A DNA stretch of 64,000 nt from the human T2T-CHM13v2.0 reference genome, Homo sapiens, in the NCBI RefSeq assembly GCF_009914755.1, contig NC_060934.1; one strand, 5' to 3'. Both the position numbers and the translations under genes were made by a program. Positions 1 through 16,554 of the stretch are shown here, piece after piece. The first letter of the stretch is position 1. Each line of letters starts with the position of its first letter. The notes beneath the pieces are model-generated. The model was not told the DNA's origin and did not search any database. It saw nothing but the letters and a program-made list of their open reading frames with translations.

Positions 1-597
1 AAAGGAGTTAGTTTTAATTAGTAACTACCTTACTAACAAAATGGCTTTTTAAAAATTATCTTTTTATTTTAGTGTACATAGAGCAGACAGTCCCAACGGG
101 TCATGTTTGCTCCTGACGCTTTTCCTAAACCATTTCTAGATCTCTGGCCATTGCCCTTTACCCCAAACTCTCCAACCACCAGCATCAACCAACTTATAAC
201 AATTTAATAATAAAAGTAACAACGACTCTCATTTCTTCTGTGTTATACATTGTGCTAAGTGCCTTACATTACCTCATTTAATCACTGCAATAGTCCAGAT
301 ACTCTCTAGATTGCGAGTGGAGCTTCTTTGTCCAGACCTCATTCAGCTTTGTGCTTTGCCATATGCAGAGACAGCTCCCTACAGAGCAGAAAGCCCCAAC
401 TTAAGAGAATGAACCTATGACTTAGTTTAGCCTCCACCAACAAACCACTGTATTACTTCAGGCAGGTCAGCCTCTCTTGCTTCAGTTTACTGATTTGCAA
501 GACAGATATGATAATCTGTGCTTCATGAGACTATGGTGAAGATGAATAACCAGAAGATAAGATGTAAAAGTACTTTGTAAACAATAAGGCATCTTAT

Positions 598-1310
598 AAA
601 TTCATTCATTCAACAGCTATTTACTGAGTGTCTGTTCCCTGCTGAGCACTGTTTTCAGCACTGCAGACACAATAAAGAACTAAAGAGACAGATCATGAGA
701 GGCATCGGGTGCCACTGCGAGGTCCTTGGCTTTGCTCTAATAAGTTGGGAAGCCTTTGAAGGTTTTGAACAAATGAATGACATGATCTAACTTAGGTTTA
801 AGAGGATTACTCTGGGGCCGTGAATAGACTGTAGGGCAACCCGTCTGGAAGCCAATATAATAATCCAGAAGGTGGATGAAGGTGGCTTGGTGGTTATAGC
901 AGTGGAAGTGTTGAAAGTGGCTTGATAATGAATATATTTTAACGATGAAGCCGACAGAATTTGTGGATAAATCACAGGTGAATTTTGGATGAAAAAAAGA
1001 AGAGACAACAGTGACATCAAGGTTTTTGGCTTGAGCAACTGGAAAGATGATGGGATCTTCACCCATCCCTGGGAAGAAGACTGTTGCAAGAACAGGTTAG
1101 GTAGATATCAGGAATTCATTTGGGGGGTATGTTAGGTTTGGGATGTCCATTACACATGCAAATGCAGCTCTTGAGTAATCAGTTCGATATACAAGTCTAA
1201 AGTTCAATAACATTTATGTCCCACAGTCAGACTGGAGTTACCAATGCGGGAGTCTTCAGCATGCAGCAATAGCATTGGAAGCCAAAAGGCGGAGGAGCTC
1301 CCCAGGGAGT
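598..1310 (-). mobile_element. L2 fragment, with MIR-like relics at ~210-290 and ~430-590
   Basis: ttcattcattcaacagctatttactgagtg is the typical L2 3' end; decayed L2-like sequence follows. Boundaries approximate. Confidence 0.6.
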
Positions 1311-1333
1311 GGGGGAACACGGAGGTCAGCTGG

Positions 1334-1372
1334 TCAGATGACTGAGCACGGCCAGGATGGCTGAGGAGGAGC
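1334..1372 (-). CDS. C10orf25: C10orf25 / ZNF22-AS1 putative ORF, coding exon 2 (APPQPSWPCSVI*)
   Basis: Acceptor ttcttattccttcCAG ends at 1373 after a 113-nt intron. In frame with exon 1; TGA at 1336-1334. Confidence 0.75.
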   Translation of the reverse strand, partial: APPQPSWPCSVI

Positions 1373-1485
1373 CTGGAAGGAATAAGAACAAAGAGAGATC
1401 ATTACTAATGAGCAACAAAAGGGGTGTGTTGAAATCAGACTTTGGAGCCACAAAGAACCATTCCAATTCTGGGTCGTCCGCTTAC

Positions 1486-1815
1486 ACACGGTGAACGGAG
1501 CACATTTCTTCTCTGAGCCTTGGTTCCTTTCCTGTAAATGGAGTATAACCACTCCCATCTTGCAGGAGCTTTTTGGTGATAATTAAGGTGACTTCGTGAA
1601 AAGTACCAGGGTCTCAAAAATCTCAAATTTTGTGGAAAGTATGCAGTTTCTAGGTTGGAGAGGCTAGAGTTTGGTTTCAAAAGCCTCGACCACACACAGG
1701 GGCGGTTACAGCTCTTGAGGTCCCGGGGGTCACAGGACGCCTTCCGAGTTGGGGGGAGGAGAAAACAAAACCACAGGAAGAAACGAACAACGCTTTCGGG
1801 TGGGCCCGGGACCAT
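1486..1815 (-). CDS. C10orf25: C10orf25 / ZNF22-AS1 putative ORF, coding exon 1 (MVPGPPESVVRFFLWFCF...RSPC, 110 codons)
   Basis: ATG at 1815 and donor TGT|GTAAGC at 1485. The spliced product is 122 aa and matches the remembered C10orf25 protein. Protein-coding status is doubtful (I recall it now being treated as antisense RNA). Confidence 0.75.
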
Positions 1816-2300
1816 AGAGGGTCGCTCCGCCACTTTCCTAGAGCGACCGCGGCGGCGCCAGAGCGCGGCGAGGCCCTCACTTCCGGCGGCGCGGGAGGCG
1901 CCCAGCGAGCCAGAGTGGTGGCTGGTCCCGCGCGGTGAGTGGGATTGGGGCACTTGGGGCGCTCGGGGCCTGCGTCGGATACTCGGGTCCGCTCGGGAGC
2001 GCGCTGGCCGCAACGAGGGCGGCGCGGGCCCGGGCGATGGCGTGGCTTGCGTCTCCCGCCTCCGGGCAGGGCCTGGCCGCCGGGCGGGGGCGGGAGGGCC
2101 ACGCGGGCCCAGGGTGGGGCCGCGGCCTGCGCGGCGGGCGGGCCGGGTCAATGAGGAGCGGCCGGCGGAGTGCTGGGAACGGGAGGCTTGGACTGGGGGC
2201 CCGGGCGAGGCGCGGCCCGCGGCGGGTGGAACTGGGCGGGTGAGCAGCAGCCCCGGCCCCTTCCGTCGCTCGGAGCGTTCGAGGACTAGATACGTGGAAC
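1730..2300. promoter_or_regulatory. CpG island / bidirectional promoter of ZNF22 and ZNF22-AS1
   Basis: Very high GC and CpG density. ETS/GABP motif CACTTCCGG at 1878-1886, GC boxes, and a G4-forming GGGCGGGGGCGGGAGGG at 2082-2098. Confidence 0.92.
1870..1934 (+). other. ZNF22: ZNF22 non-coding exon 1 (5' end approximate); intron 1935-4235
   Basis: Donor CG|GTGAGT at 1935 in the CpG island. Acceptor tttttttttccttctacacacAG ends at 4235, 89 nt before the ATG. Confidence 0.8.
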
Positions 2301-4267
2301 AAATGCTTAGGCAGCACAGGGCTGCTCTGAGCGGTTTTCAGATTCAGACTCATTGCAACTTCTAACATCTTGATGGTGTTGCCACTTTATCATTACCCTC
2401 CCCATTTTACGAGGAAACTGAGGCACATTCCAGTTAGCTGGGTGTGCAAGAACAGCAGCTTCTGTCACTCAGGTTTAACTTCGTGCTTGCCCCTGCTGGG
2501 GAGCTATGCAAAGCACGGGTCGCCGCGCTGGACTGAGCAATGGAAGATGTGGCTGCCACTAAGAGTACAGGCTCTGGAGTCAAACTGCTAGGGTCTGGGA
2601 ACCCGGCCAGTGCCTTCTAGCATTGTGCCCTCGTTTCCTTAACTTAAAACGGAAATAACTGCATAAAGGTGCCAGGAGAATTAAAGAGCTAGCACAGAAT
2701 CAAGTTACACAGTGTCTGGCACATACTAGTATGATTGCCTCATCCGTAGGTGGATTTGACAGTCTGAGTTTCTGACTAGATCTGACTTCCATTGTATTAA
2801 ATGCGTGTGCTTTTATGTATAATGACCATTATAGTTATTAAAAAAAAAAAAAAGCAACACCAACACCATGTACCTAACACAATGTCTCCTGTGTGGTAGA
2901 TGTTCTGTAAATATTTGCTTAAGTTAAGGAGTGGGTAGTCCTAACTGTAATCTTGTGTTATATGCGGCTTACTCTTACGCTGACCATAATTACAGCTGAT
3001 GTAATTATTAAATATCCAGATAAAGTCCTGGACCTAAAGTCTCAATTATACAATAAGATGAAAGGAAGGCAAGAAAAATTATGTTTTTGTTTTCATTTAT
3101 TTGCTTTATATGTTTGTATGCAAAGAAACCCAGAATAATTGTTTCTATTTTAAATTCCACATTCTGACACAAGATAATGAAAAATAGTTCCAATAATTTT
3201 ATTGCTTTTGAAGTTCTAGATTTTCCGACATTGCCACCTATGTGGGGTTTGTAGGGGTTTTTGTTGGTTTGTTTTGGCCGTTATTTTAAATAGCCACAAG
3301 TCAGCCTTATAAATAAATAAAATCATTTGAAATTTTGAATTTTGCAGCATTTGGGTATTCTAAAAATTCCATCCTAGTTTTACATGTAAACTCATTTTCT
3401 CCCCCCTCTCCTTTTCTTGTGTTCTACCTACCATGCGTTTTCTACTCAGTTTCATTCCACTTTCTGGTAAAAGTTCTTTTGCAGTTTTTCTGTCTCCGAA
3501 AACAGTACTTTCGTTTTGGGTTTTCAACAAATTGCTTTCTTGGATCATTAGGATCTATAAAAACCAATAATAAAGCGTGTCTTCATAGACTAAGTAAACC
3601 TACCACTCCCTGTAGAGAACTTTCAATTTTCAAAACACTTTATGCTACAGAATTAGAGCTAAACTGTCATCTAGAGCTATGGAAATCGAATGCTAAATAC
3701 AGATAAACAGGAAGATATCATAAAGTAGTGTAATTTGTCATTTCTTATTCATTTGGATACCTTAGGCAGTTACTAGTTAGTAGAAGTTTAACATGGAACT
3801 AAATATTAAAGCATAGTAATGTTCTGTTACACAAATTTTGATTGTCTTTTGGAGTTACTCCATTCCCATTAAGATTTACCTTATCTCCACTTTTTAGTTC
3901 TTCAAAATTATGTACTCATTTGGTAATGCTTGGAAGATTTATATTTCACCTGATCACTTTTAATTTGTCTTGTCCCAATAGACAGAAACTCCAGTGGTAA
4001 ACTCAGTCAAAATTTGGTGATATTTGTTAAGCTTAAACTCTGGAATTGTTAGAATTACTTTGCAAGTATTTCCCCCAAATTTCCCCCCATATTATCTTTG
4101 TTTGCATTTATACTTTTTAAATTTAAACATGAATGCAATTTTGGTGGGTTGAAGAGATATTAAAATTGAATAGTTAACAGATATCTGTAATTTTTTTTCT
4201 GATCATCTCTAAATTTTTTTTCCTTCTACACACAGAAAATTCTGAGCTGTACACCTCTAGGAAATGA

Positions 4268-4999
<732 letters not shown>

Positions 5000-6285
5000 G
5001 TATAGGGCTTTTTGACAGCTTTTTGAGACCTCTTAAGAAAAAATAAAAAGTAAAAAATGAAAGGAATCTTTTTTAGAAATAGAGATGCTTTATAGTAGAT
5101 CACTTAAATACTGGATCTTTTGCTAGTGTGAAAACATTGGGAATTTAATGACATTATTGAGCTGAAAGAAATTACATGAGTCCAGCTACCCTCATTTCTT
5201 TTTTATGTGACATGGAGCACAAAGAACTGAAAATATGTTTTGAGGGAGCATGACATCCTTGACCTCATTTGAAATTACTTCCATTTTCAAAAACCATCAT
5301 GTTTTGCAGATACATTTTGAGAAAAACCATCATGTTTTGAGGATACATTTGTGAAAGTGCAGGCATGCCAATGACTACTCAGTTTTAGGACTTTTGTGGA
5401 AGAAAAAATTAAAAGGGAGAAGAAATCAATTCCACTACTTTTGAAGTTCTGCAACAGATGAGATTTTGTTTGTAAAGTTTTGTAGTATATTAACCATTGG
5501 TTTATCACTCTAGATTCAACATATTAAAATGTATTCAAGCTCACAGATTTTTAATCAGTAAGGCCTATCTATATTAGTTGTCTTTTATTTCTTCTCCTTG
5601 TGGACAGTTGTTAATGAAAGGAGTAAGGATTTCCCTTTTTTTGTTTTGTTTGTTTTGTTTTTTTTAACCAAATTCTTAGAGATACTATAGAATCCAAATG
5701 AGAACTGAATTGGACCTCAAGTCTTCTATTCCTACTAATAGAGTTCTTTGTGATGGTAACTGCTGTGTCGTTTGTTTTCCACAAGTTGGGATGGATTCAT
5801 GTCGATACATCCCCATGCCCTTGACCTCTTCTGGCATTCTCCTGTGCTCTGACAAACTGAGCCAGCCTTTTAGATCTACATGAATAAACAAACTATTTTA
5901 CCAAGAAAAATCTCAGCTTGCTTACTGCTTAATTAAAAACCTACAATTTACACACCTCCCTGCCTTCAAGACTGTGAGCTTTGGATAGCCCTGCTTAAAT
6001 GTTTGTCAACAACAAGAGTCGTAATGTGTCAGTACATTGTAGCTCCTTTGAAATTTAACTCTTTCTGTGTTACATGAATTGTTTTAAGGAGTCCGGCAAA
6101 CATGTTTCTTCACTTCCATGAGAATGGTGCCAAGTGTCAGACTCTAATGAGCCCTCAGCTCAGGTTTTAATTTCTATTGAATGCTAACATTCTTCTGATT
6201 TTTTGGTATCTTTTATAATCATATCGGTTTCTGCTGTATTAATGACAATTATTCATGAAAATAAAAAATGAAATATTTTGTATAC
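5000..6285 (+). other. ZNF22: ZNF22 3' UTR with candidate poly(A) signals
   Basis: AATAAA at 5042, 5883 and 6260. The last is followed by U-rich sequence. The cleavage site is estimated. Confidence 0.6.
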
Positions 6286-6343
6286 TACTACCTTCTGTTT
6301 ATTTTTCTTCTGGGGAATTGTTTTAATTATTTAGACAATAGAT

Positions 6344-6710
6344 CTAAAGTCACAGCTTTTGGATGGATCACTTGTTTTGCCTGTTTCTGATTTCCTCAAA
6401 CTTGAACTTTGCCTTCCTCCTGGCCTTGCATTTGAGTGCAGGGCCATAGAAGTTGGCCTTGTTATGGCCTTGTTGACAAGTGCCATTCAACAAGATATTC
6501 ACAAGGTGTTTTGTAAACATGAGGTGATCACAGTTTTTTATGAAAGCAGTGATCTTTGGCCGCCCTATTATATCCAAGTCACTCCTTGGCAGGATTGTGG
6601 CTATGGGGCCCTTTTGAGGATCTATCAATGCTATTCACATTAGTTTTGTGTATGCAATAGCTTCTGGGTAGGACCAACACTTCTTTCTTACATTTCAGGA
6701 ATTTGCCCAT
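6344..6710 (-). pseudogene. Highly diverged processed pseudogene of ribosomal protein L27 (RPL27/eL27)
   Basis: From ATG 6710: MGKFLKCKKEVLVL vs RPL27 MGKFMKPGKVVLVL. After a frameshift and deletion: KITAFIKNCDHLMFTKHLVNILL..NKANFYGPALKCKARRKAKFKFEE vs [49 protein letters not shown]. Ends NK*SIQKL*L* vs NKWFFQKLRF*. Intronless, with ATTAAA about 20 nt after the stop. Confidence 0.9.
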
Positions 6711-7504
6711 TTTGACAGCAAACAGGGCTGTGCACAGTAGTGATATTCAAAATAATTTAACGAGCAGTATGCCCTTCAGGACAGCAGAGAAATTGTCACA
6801 GACTAAGGTCTCCTATGCGCTTTGAGCATGGGGATGCATTACTCTCTTCACTGTGTTGGGGTATGTGGAGAGGAGCACAGATGAGGGATGTTTTTGGTTA
6901 ATACAGCTCTGGACCAGTGGGAGATAGATGGAGCCAGCCTTGATCTAGAGATGTCCCAGGGTTTTCAGAGTGTAGTGACTATGGGATTTGGGGTTGTCTT
7001 CCTTGGGTAGAAGGTATGTTGTGTGTGGAAGGAGGAAAGAGGGATATTTGGTGAGCAAATACCCAAATACCCCACGTTTCCTGGCACCCTTACAGTGCTG
7101 TGAGAAACAACACTAGGTCTGCCCATTTGAGTTAGTGATGTTTTTAAAAGCTGTTGGGTGATTCTCTGTGCTCCTATTTCCCAGGCCAAAGTGGAGCTGA
7201 CATTTAGGTAGTTCCTGAGTCTCTTGCCAACCTGCTTTAGGTATCCCATGAGTGAGAAATAAACTGTTGAGATAGGCCACAGATTTCAGTGTAGATTTGG
7301 TACCTGTCCTGATTGATGCACCCATCCTGCTTTTTTTTGTGCATCTCTGGAGCCAATCATCAGTCTTAAAAGTTCTATCCTTTTAGTGGCCTGATGAGAA
7401 AAAACAGCTTTTTGAGTTCATATTGAGAAACACTGCCTCGCCTCCCCCACATTGTCTTTCTGTTTCTAGCCGATACTCTGTAATACTTCCATACTTCCAT
7501 ACTT

Positions 7505-7506
<2 letters not shown>

Positions 7507-7539
<33 letters not shown>
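7507..7539. repeat. Poly(T) tract, 33 nt
   Basis: Uninterrupted T run with no adjacent Alu or L1 body. Confidence 0.95.
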
Positions 7540-7540
<1 letters not shown>

Positions 7541-10357
7541 TCCTGGGACCCTTCTCTTTGTTCCTTACTGAGACTTAAAGGCAGCATTAAAGCTTGTTTG
7601 TGTGTTTTATTTGTATCCCATGACTCTCTGGCCTGGGTTGAAAGTCCCCACACATAGAGTTGCTAGAATGTCCTGTGATATCAGCCCTGGAAGTTGAAAA
7701 TCTGTCCTGAGACTGATATGTGTCTTCAAACATGGGAGAAAGGGGTGACTGTCCCTCCACCATGCAGAGTCTGAGTGTGACAGGACCCATGAGAGGATGC
7801 TGAGTGGGTGCCAGGAGGACTCACCTCCAAGAGCAAGAGCCTGGTCCCTGTTGCACATTGATTTCAAACAGACCAACCAGCTTGGACAATTGAACTTCCC
7901 AATTGCAGTCATGATGAACTGAAGACCAGAGGACCTTCCTCCAATTTCCTGGTCCACATGAAGCGCTAGATTGTAATGTAACCCTAGATATGTTGAGGGG
8001 ACTCCAAAGTAGGATTTCTCACCACACTGGTAAAATAGGGGGACTGCCTATTTTAGTCTCATTTAGGGATAAGTATAATGGCTGTTTCCTAAATTCAGAG
8101 TTCTGTAGTAAACTGATAACTAAGAGATTCTTTTCTGTCATTTTTCAAATAAAGCATTGTGACATCTGGTGAAAGAATTACTTTTTTCTTGTTTTATTGT
8201 TCAGAAGAGGTGCAAATTAATCCAGAACAGTTTGAAATGGATAAATTTTACTGCTGAGTGATGGAAAGAGACAAAAATGACAGAAACATAATTCATAGCT
8301 GCATTCCTTACAGTAAATCCAAGCACAAATAGCTCTATTGCTTAGAATCATTGCATTTAAATATAGAAAGAACAAATCTTTCATAGTCTTTTTATGGATG
8401 ATAATTTTTTTCCTTTGATCCACATGGTTGGTAATGTATCAGAATAGATTGAGCAACTTAGTCCTACTAAGTAATGGCATTTTATAATTCTGGTGTTATA
8501 ATATCTGACAGTATTTTATTTAGAACTTTTACGTCAATATACATCAACTGACATAGTTGTAAGTTTCTTTGTATGTTATCTTTGTCATAAATGTCGATTA
8601 CGTCGTAGAGCATTTCAGGAACTGTGCCAAGTTCATAACACCAGGTTACTAATGTGTTATGCTACCTCCCAATTTGTCAAGAGACATCTCAGGCACAGAT
8701 TTTTTGAATTCAGGAATTCAGGATGGGTATGCCAATTTAAATGAAGCTTCTGAGATGAGTAACCTTAAATCCCAGAGAGAACCTGGTTATATCTCTATGT
8801 TCAGGGCAATCTAAATGGGTCCCCTAGGATACAAGAAGCCTCTCTATTCAGTGGGATTAAAAGGCTAAATATCAGAATTTAAGCAGGTGAGTCAAAGAGG
8901 GGACAATATGATGATTCAGGGGCAAACAGTCATGAAGAGAAGTTCAGGTTCAGTGAGAAAACTGAGTCCATTCTGTGTATTCCACATAGTTTAATATAGC
9001 TAGTTAGACTTTCTGTTATGTCCATGTTTCTTCTTTGCCTGATAAGTTCACCACTTCAGTTTAACCCAGCATCTGTATTCCATTTTCTCTATTAGAATAA
9101 TTGGTCTGGTTTCTCTTTTTGTGGCTAGACTTTGGCTGAAAGGACAATAATAAGAGAAATAAAACTACAAGGAGCTACTATTTCTTATGTATCAAAAGTG
9201 TAAAACCTACTCTGTTGGTAAGGCTGTGGAGAACCAGCCAAACTAAGGCTGATGGTGGGATACAAAATGTTACAACCCATACTGAGGAGGGATTTGGCAA
9301 TATCTAGCAGAAGTATATATGCATTTACTCTCTGATCCAGAAATTATATTTCCAGAGTTTGTTTCCAAAGATACAGTACCAACAATATGAAACAATGTAT
9401 ACACATGGCTGCACATTTTTATAGAAAAAACTCATTTCCCACTAAGGCATCTGGCTCCAATGTAGTGTCATGTATTTGTTCAATAATAGGCTTTTTATGA
9501 TGCTCTCATGACCTTTGCTTGTGCTGTAGTACCATACGTCATTTTCAGAAGTCAGCTTGCGTCGCTTTGTGCAGGACCCAGAGTGTAGTTTAGTAAGTGC
9601 TCTTGAGGAGATTAAGTGTCACTGCTGATGCAAACCAGCAAATTAAATTCCCAGGCTCAGTTGGAAATACTTCAGTCCAGTGAGGGCGCTGCATAAGTAG
9701 AGGAAATAGCCACATCAAAACTTCATTGTTAGAAGACACTTTTTCTATTTGACGTTACACAAAACTGTCACTAGATGGCAGCAAAGGAGAGATCATGGAA
9801 AACAGCGTGTCCTGTAGTTTCTCCACATTCAACTTGCACAGGTTGAGTGTCCCTTATCTGAAATGCTGGAGACCGGATGTGTGTCAGAATTCAGATTTTT
9901 AATTATTTTTGGGAATATTTGTATGTACATGATGAGGTATCTTGGGGATGGGACTCAAGTCTAAACATGAAGTTCATGTGTTTATTATATCCCTTGTATA
10001 CATAGCCTGAAGGTACTATTTTTAATAATTCTGCACATGAAACAAAGTTTTGACTGTGACCTATCACATGAGGTCAGGTGAGGAATTTTCCACTTGTGGC
10101 GTCACATTGACATTCAAAAAGTTGGGTTTTTTTTTTAATTTTATTTATTATTATTATACTTTAAGTTTTAGGGTACATGTGCACAATGTGCAGGTTAGTT
10201 ACATATGTATACGTGTGCCATGCTGGTGCGCTGCACCCACTAACTCGTCATCTAGCATTAGGTATATCTCCCAATGCTATCCCTCCCCCCTTCCCCCACC
10301 CCACAACAGTCCCCAGAGTGTGATGTTCCCCTTCCTGTGTCCATGTGTTCTCATTGT

Positions 10358-14177
<3,820 letters not shown>

Positions 14178-14240
14178 TATGATGTTAGCTGGTTATTTTG
14201 CTCATTAGTTGATGCAGTTTCTTCCTAGTCTCGATGGTCT

Positions 14241-15257
14241 TTACATTTTGGCATGATTTTGCAGTGGCTGGTACCGGTTGTTCCTTTCCATGTTTAGCGC
14301 TTCCTTCAGGAGTTCTTTTAGGGCAGGCCTGGTGGTGACAAAATCTCTCAGCATTTTCTTGTCTGTAAAGTATTTTATTTCTCCTTCACTTATGAAGCTT
14401 AGTTTGGCTGTATATGAAATTCTGGGTTGAAAATTCTTTTCTTTAAGAATGTTGAATATTGGCCCGCACTCTCTTCTGGCTTGTAGAGTTTCTGCCAAGA
14501 GATCCGCTGTTAGTCTGATGGGCTTCCCTTTGAAGGTAACCCGACCTTTCTCTCTGGCTGCCCTTAACATTTTTTCCTGCATTTCAACTTTGGTGAATCT
14601 GACAATTATGTGTCTTGGAGTTGCTCTTCTCGAGGAGTATCTTTGTGGCGTTCTCTGTATTTCCTGAATCTGAATGTTGGCCTGCCTTGCTAGATTGGGG
14701 AAGTTCTCCTGGATAATATCCTGCAGAGTGTTTTCCAACTTGGTTCCATTCTCCCCATCACTTTCAGGTACACCAATCAGACGTAGATTTGGTCTTTTCA
14801 CATAGTCCCATATTTCTTGGAGGCTTTGTTCATTTCTTATTATTCTTTTTTCTCTAAACTTCCCTTCTCGCTTCATTTCATTCATTTCATCTTCCATCGC
14901 TGATACCCTTTCTTCCAGTTGATCACATCGGCTCCTGAGGCTTCTGCATTCTTCACGTAGTTCTCGAGCCTTGGTTTTCGGCTCCATCAGGTCATTTAAG
15001 CACTTCTCTGTATTGGTTATTCTAGTTATATATTCTTCTAAATTTTTTTCAAAGTTTTCAACTTCTTTGCCTTTGGTTTGAATTTCCTTCTGTAGCTCAG
15101 AGTAATTTGTTCGTCTGAAGCCTTCTTCTCTCAGCTCGTCAAACTCATTCTCCGTCCAGCTTTGTTCTGTTCCTGGTGAGGAACTGCTTTCCTTTGGAGG
15201 AGGAGAGGCACTCTGCTTTTTAGAGTTTCCAGTTTTTCTGCTCTGTTTTTTCCCCAT
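14241..15257 (-). CDS. L1 ORF1p, uninterrupted 338 aa
   Basis: Full-length ORF. REKG and ARR motifs are intact; YPAKLS is changed to YTAKLS. Confidence 0.93.
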   Translation of the reverse strand: MGKKQSRKTGNSKKQSASPPPKESSSSPGTEQSWTENEFDELREEGFRRTNYSELQKEIQTKGKEVENFEKNLEEYITRITNTEKCLNDLMEPKTKARELREECRSLRSRCDQLEERVSAMEDEMNEMKREGKFREKRIIRNEQSLQEIWDYVKRPNLRLIGVPESDGENGTKLENTLQDIIQENFPNLARQANIQIQEIQRTPQRYSSRRATPRHIIVRFTKVEMQEKMLRAAREKGRVTFKGKPIRLTADLLAETLQARRECGPIFNILKEKNFQPRISYTAKLSFISEGEIKYFTDKKMLRDFVTTRPALKELLKEALNMERNNRYQPLQNHAKM

Positions 15258-15712
15258 CTTTGTGGTTTTATCTACTTTCCGTCTTTGATGATGGTGATGT
15301 ACAGATGGGTTTTTGGTGTGGATGTCCTTTCTGTTTGTTAGTTTTCCTTCTAACAGACAGGACCCTCAGCTGCAGGTCTGTTGGAGTACCCGGCCATGTG
15401 AGGTGTCAGTCTTCTCCTGCTGGGGAGTGCTTCCCAGTTAGGCTGCTCGGGGGTCAGGGGTCAGGGACCCACTTGAGGAGGCAGTCTGCCCGTTCTCAGA
15501 TCTCCAGCTGCGTGCTGGGAGAACCACTGCTCTCTTCAAAGCTGTCAGACAGGGACATTTAAGTCTGCAGAGGTTACTGCTGTCTTTTTGTTTGTTTCCG
15601 CCCTGCCCCCAGAGGTGGAGCCTACAGAGGCAGGCAGGCCTCCTTGAGCTGTGGTGGGCTCCACCCAGTTCGAGCTTCCCAGCTGCCTTGTTTACCTAAG
15701 CAAGCCTGGGCA

Positions 15713-15967
15713 ATGGTGGGTGCCCCTCCCCCAGCCTTGCTGCCGACTTGCAGTTTGATCTCAGACTGCTGTGCTAGCAATCAGCAAGACTCCGTGGGTG
15801 TAGGACCCTCCGAGCCAGGTGCAGGATATAATCTCCTGGTGCGCCGTTTTTTAAGCCCGTTGGAAAAGCGCAGTCTTAGGGTGGGAGTGACCCGATTTTC
15901 CAGGTGCCGTCTGTCACCCCTTTCTTTGACTAGGAAAGGGAACTCCCTGACCCCTTGCGCTTCCTGA
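15713..15967 (+). CDS. L1 antisense ORF0-like ORF, 84 aa
   Basis: gcaATGg start. MVGAPPPALLPTCSLISDCCASNQQDSVGVGPSEPG... matches the primate L1 ORF0 peptide and lies antisense in the 5' UTR. Confidence 0.75.
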   Translation: MVGAPPPALLPTCSLISDCCASNQQDSVGVGPSEPGAGYNLLVRRFLSPLEKRSLRVGVTRFSRCRLSPLSLTRKGNSLTPCAS

Positions 15968-16554
15968 GTGAGGCAATGCCTCGCCCTGCTTCGGCTCGCG
16001 CATGGTGCATGCACCCACTGACCTGCACCCACTGTCTGGCACTCCCTAGTGAGATGAACCCGGTACCTCAGATGGAAATGCAGAAATCACCCATCTTCTG
16101 CATCGCTCACACTGGGAGCTGTAGACCGGAGCTGTTCCTATTCAGCCATCTTGGCTCCTCCTCTTCAAAAAGTTTCAAATACTAGATTTTCATATTAGGG
16201 ATGCTCAACCTGTGTTTTCCTTTGAAAATACCATGCTCAAAATGTAGAGACTACTCCTTACAATCAACTAGGGTTCAGTTAAATGTCTGAAAATACAAGC
16301 ATAATTTTAAAAGTTGAGCACACTTTAGTCAAATTACCTGAATGCCATTTCTATTTCCACTGTAACTTAGATGTTAAATAACTTACAAGACACAGGAGGA
16401 CAGGCAAGTCCCTTTCTTATCCTGGTAGAAAAAGAAATTATCCAAAGTGTTTGCTAAATAAATAATAGCTATTTTCTCAGTTCCTCTCTTTTGCTCTTTT
16501 CTACAGCCAGCTCCATGAAAGATTTGTCTACATTTATCTTCCCTGTTTCCTTAC

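Noticed and set aside
1435-2368. Several long overlapping Arg/Gly/Pro/Ala-rich ORFs on both strands
   Set aside because: Expected in a stop-poor CpG island, and most begin at non-ATG codons. Only the spliced C10orf25 frame is supported.
7660-7690. DITG resembling the CEP164 WW-domain QDITGD
   Set aside because: Out of order with the collinear chain. Another frame of this segment fits a C-terminal exon better.
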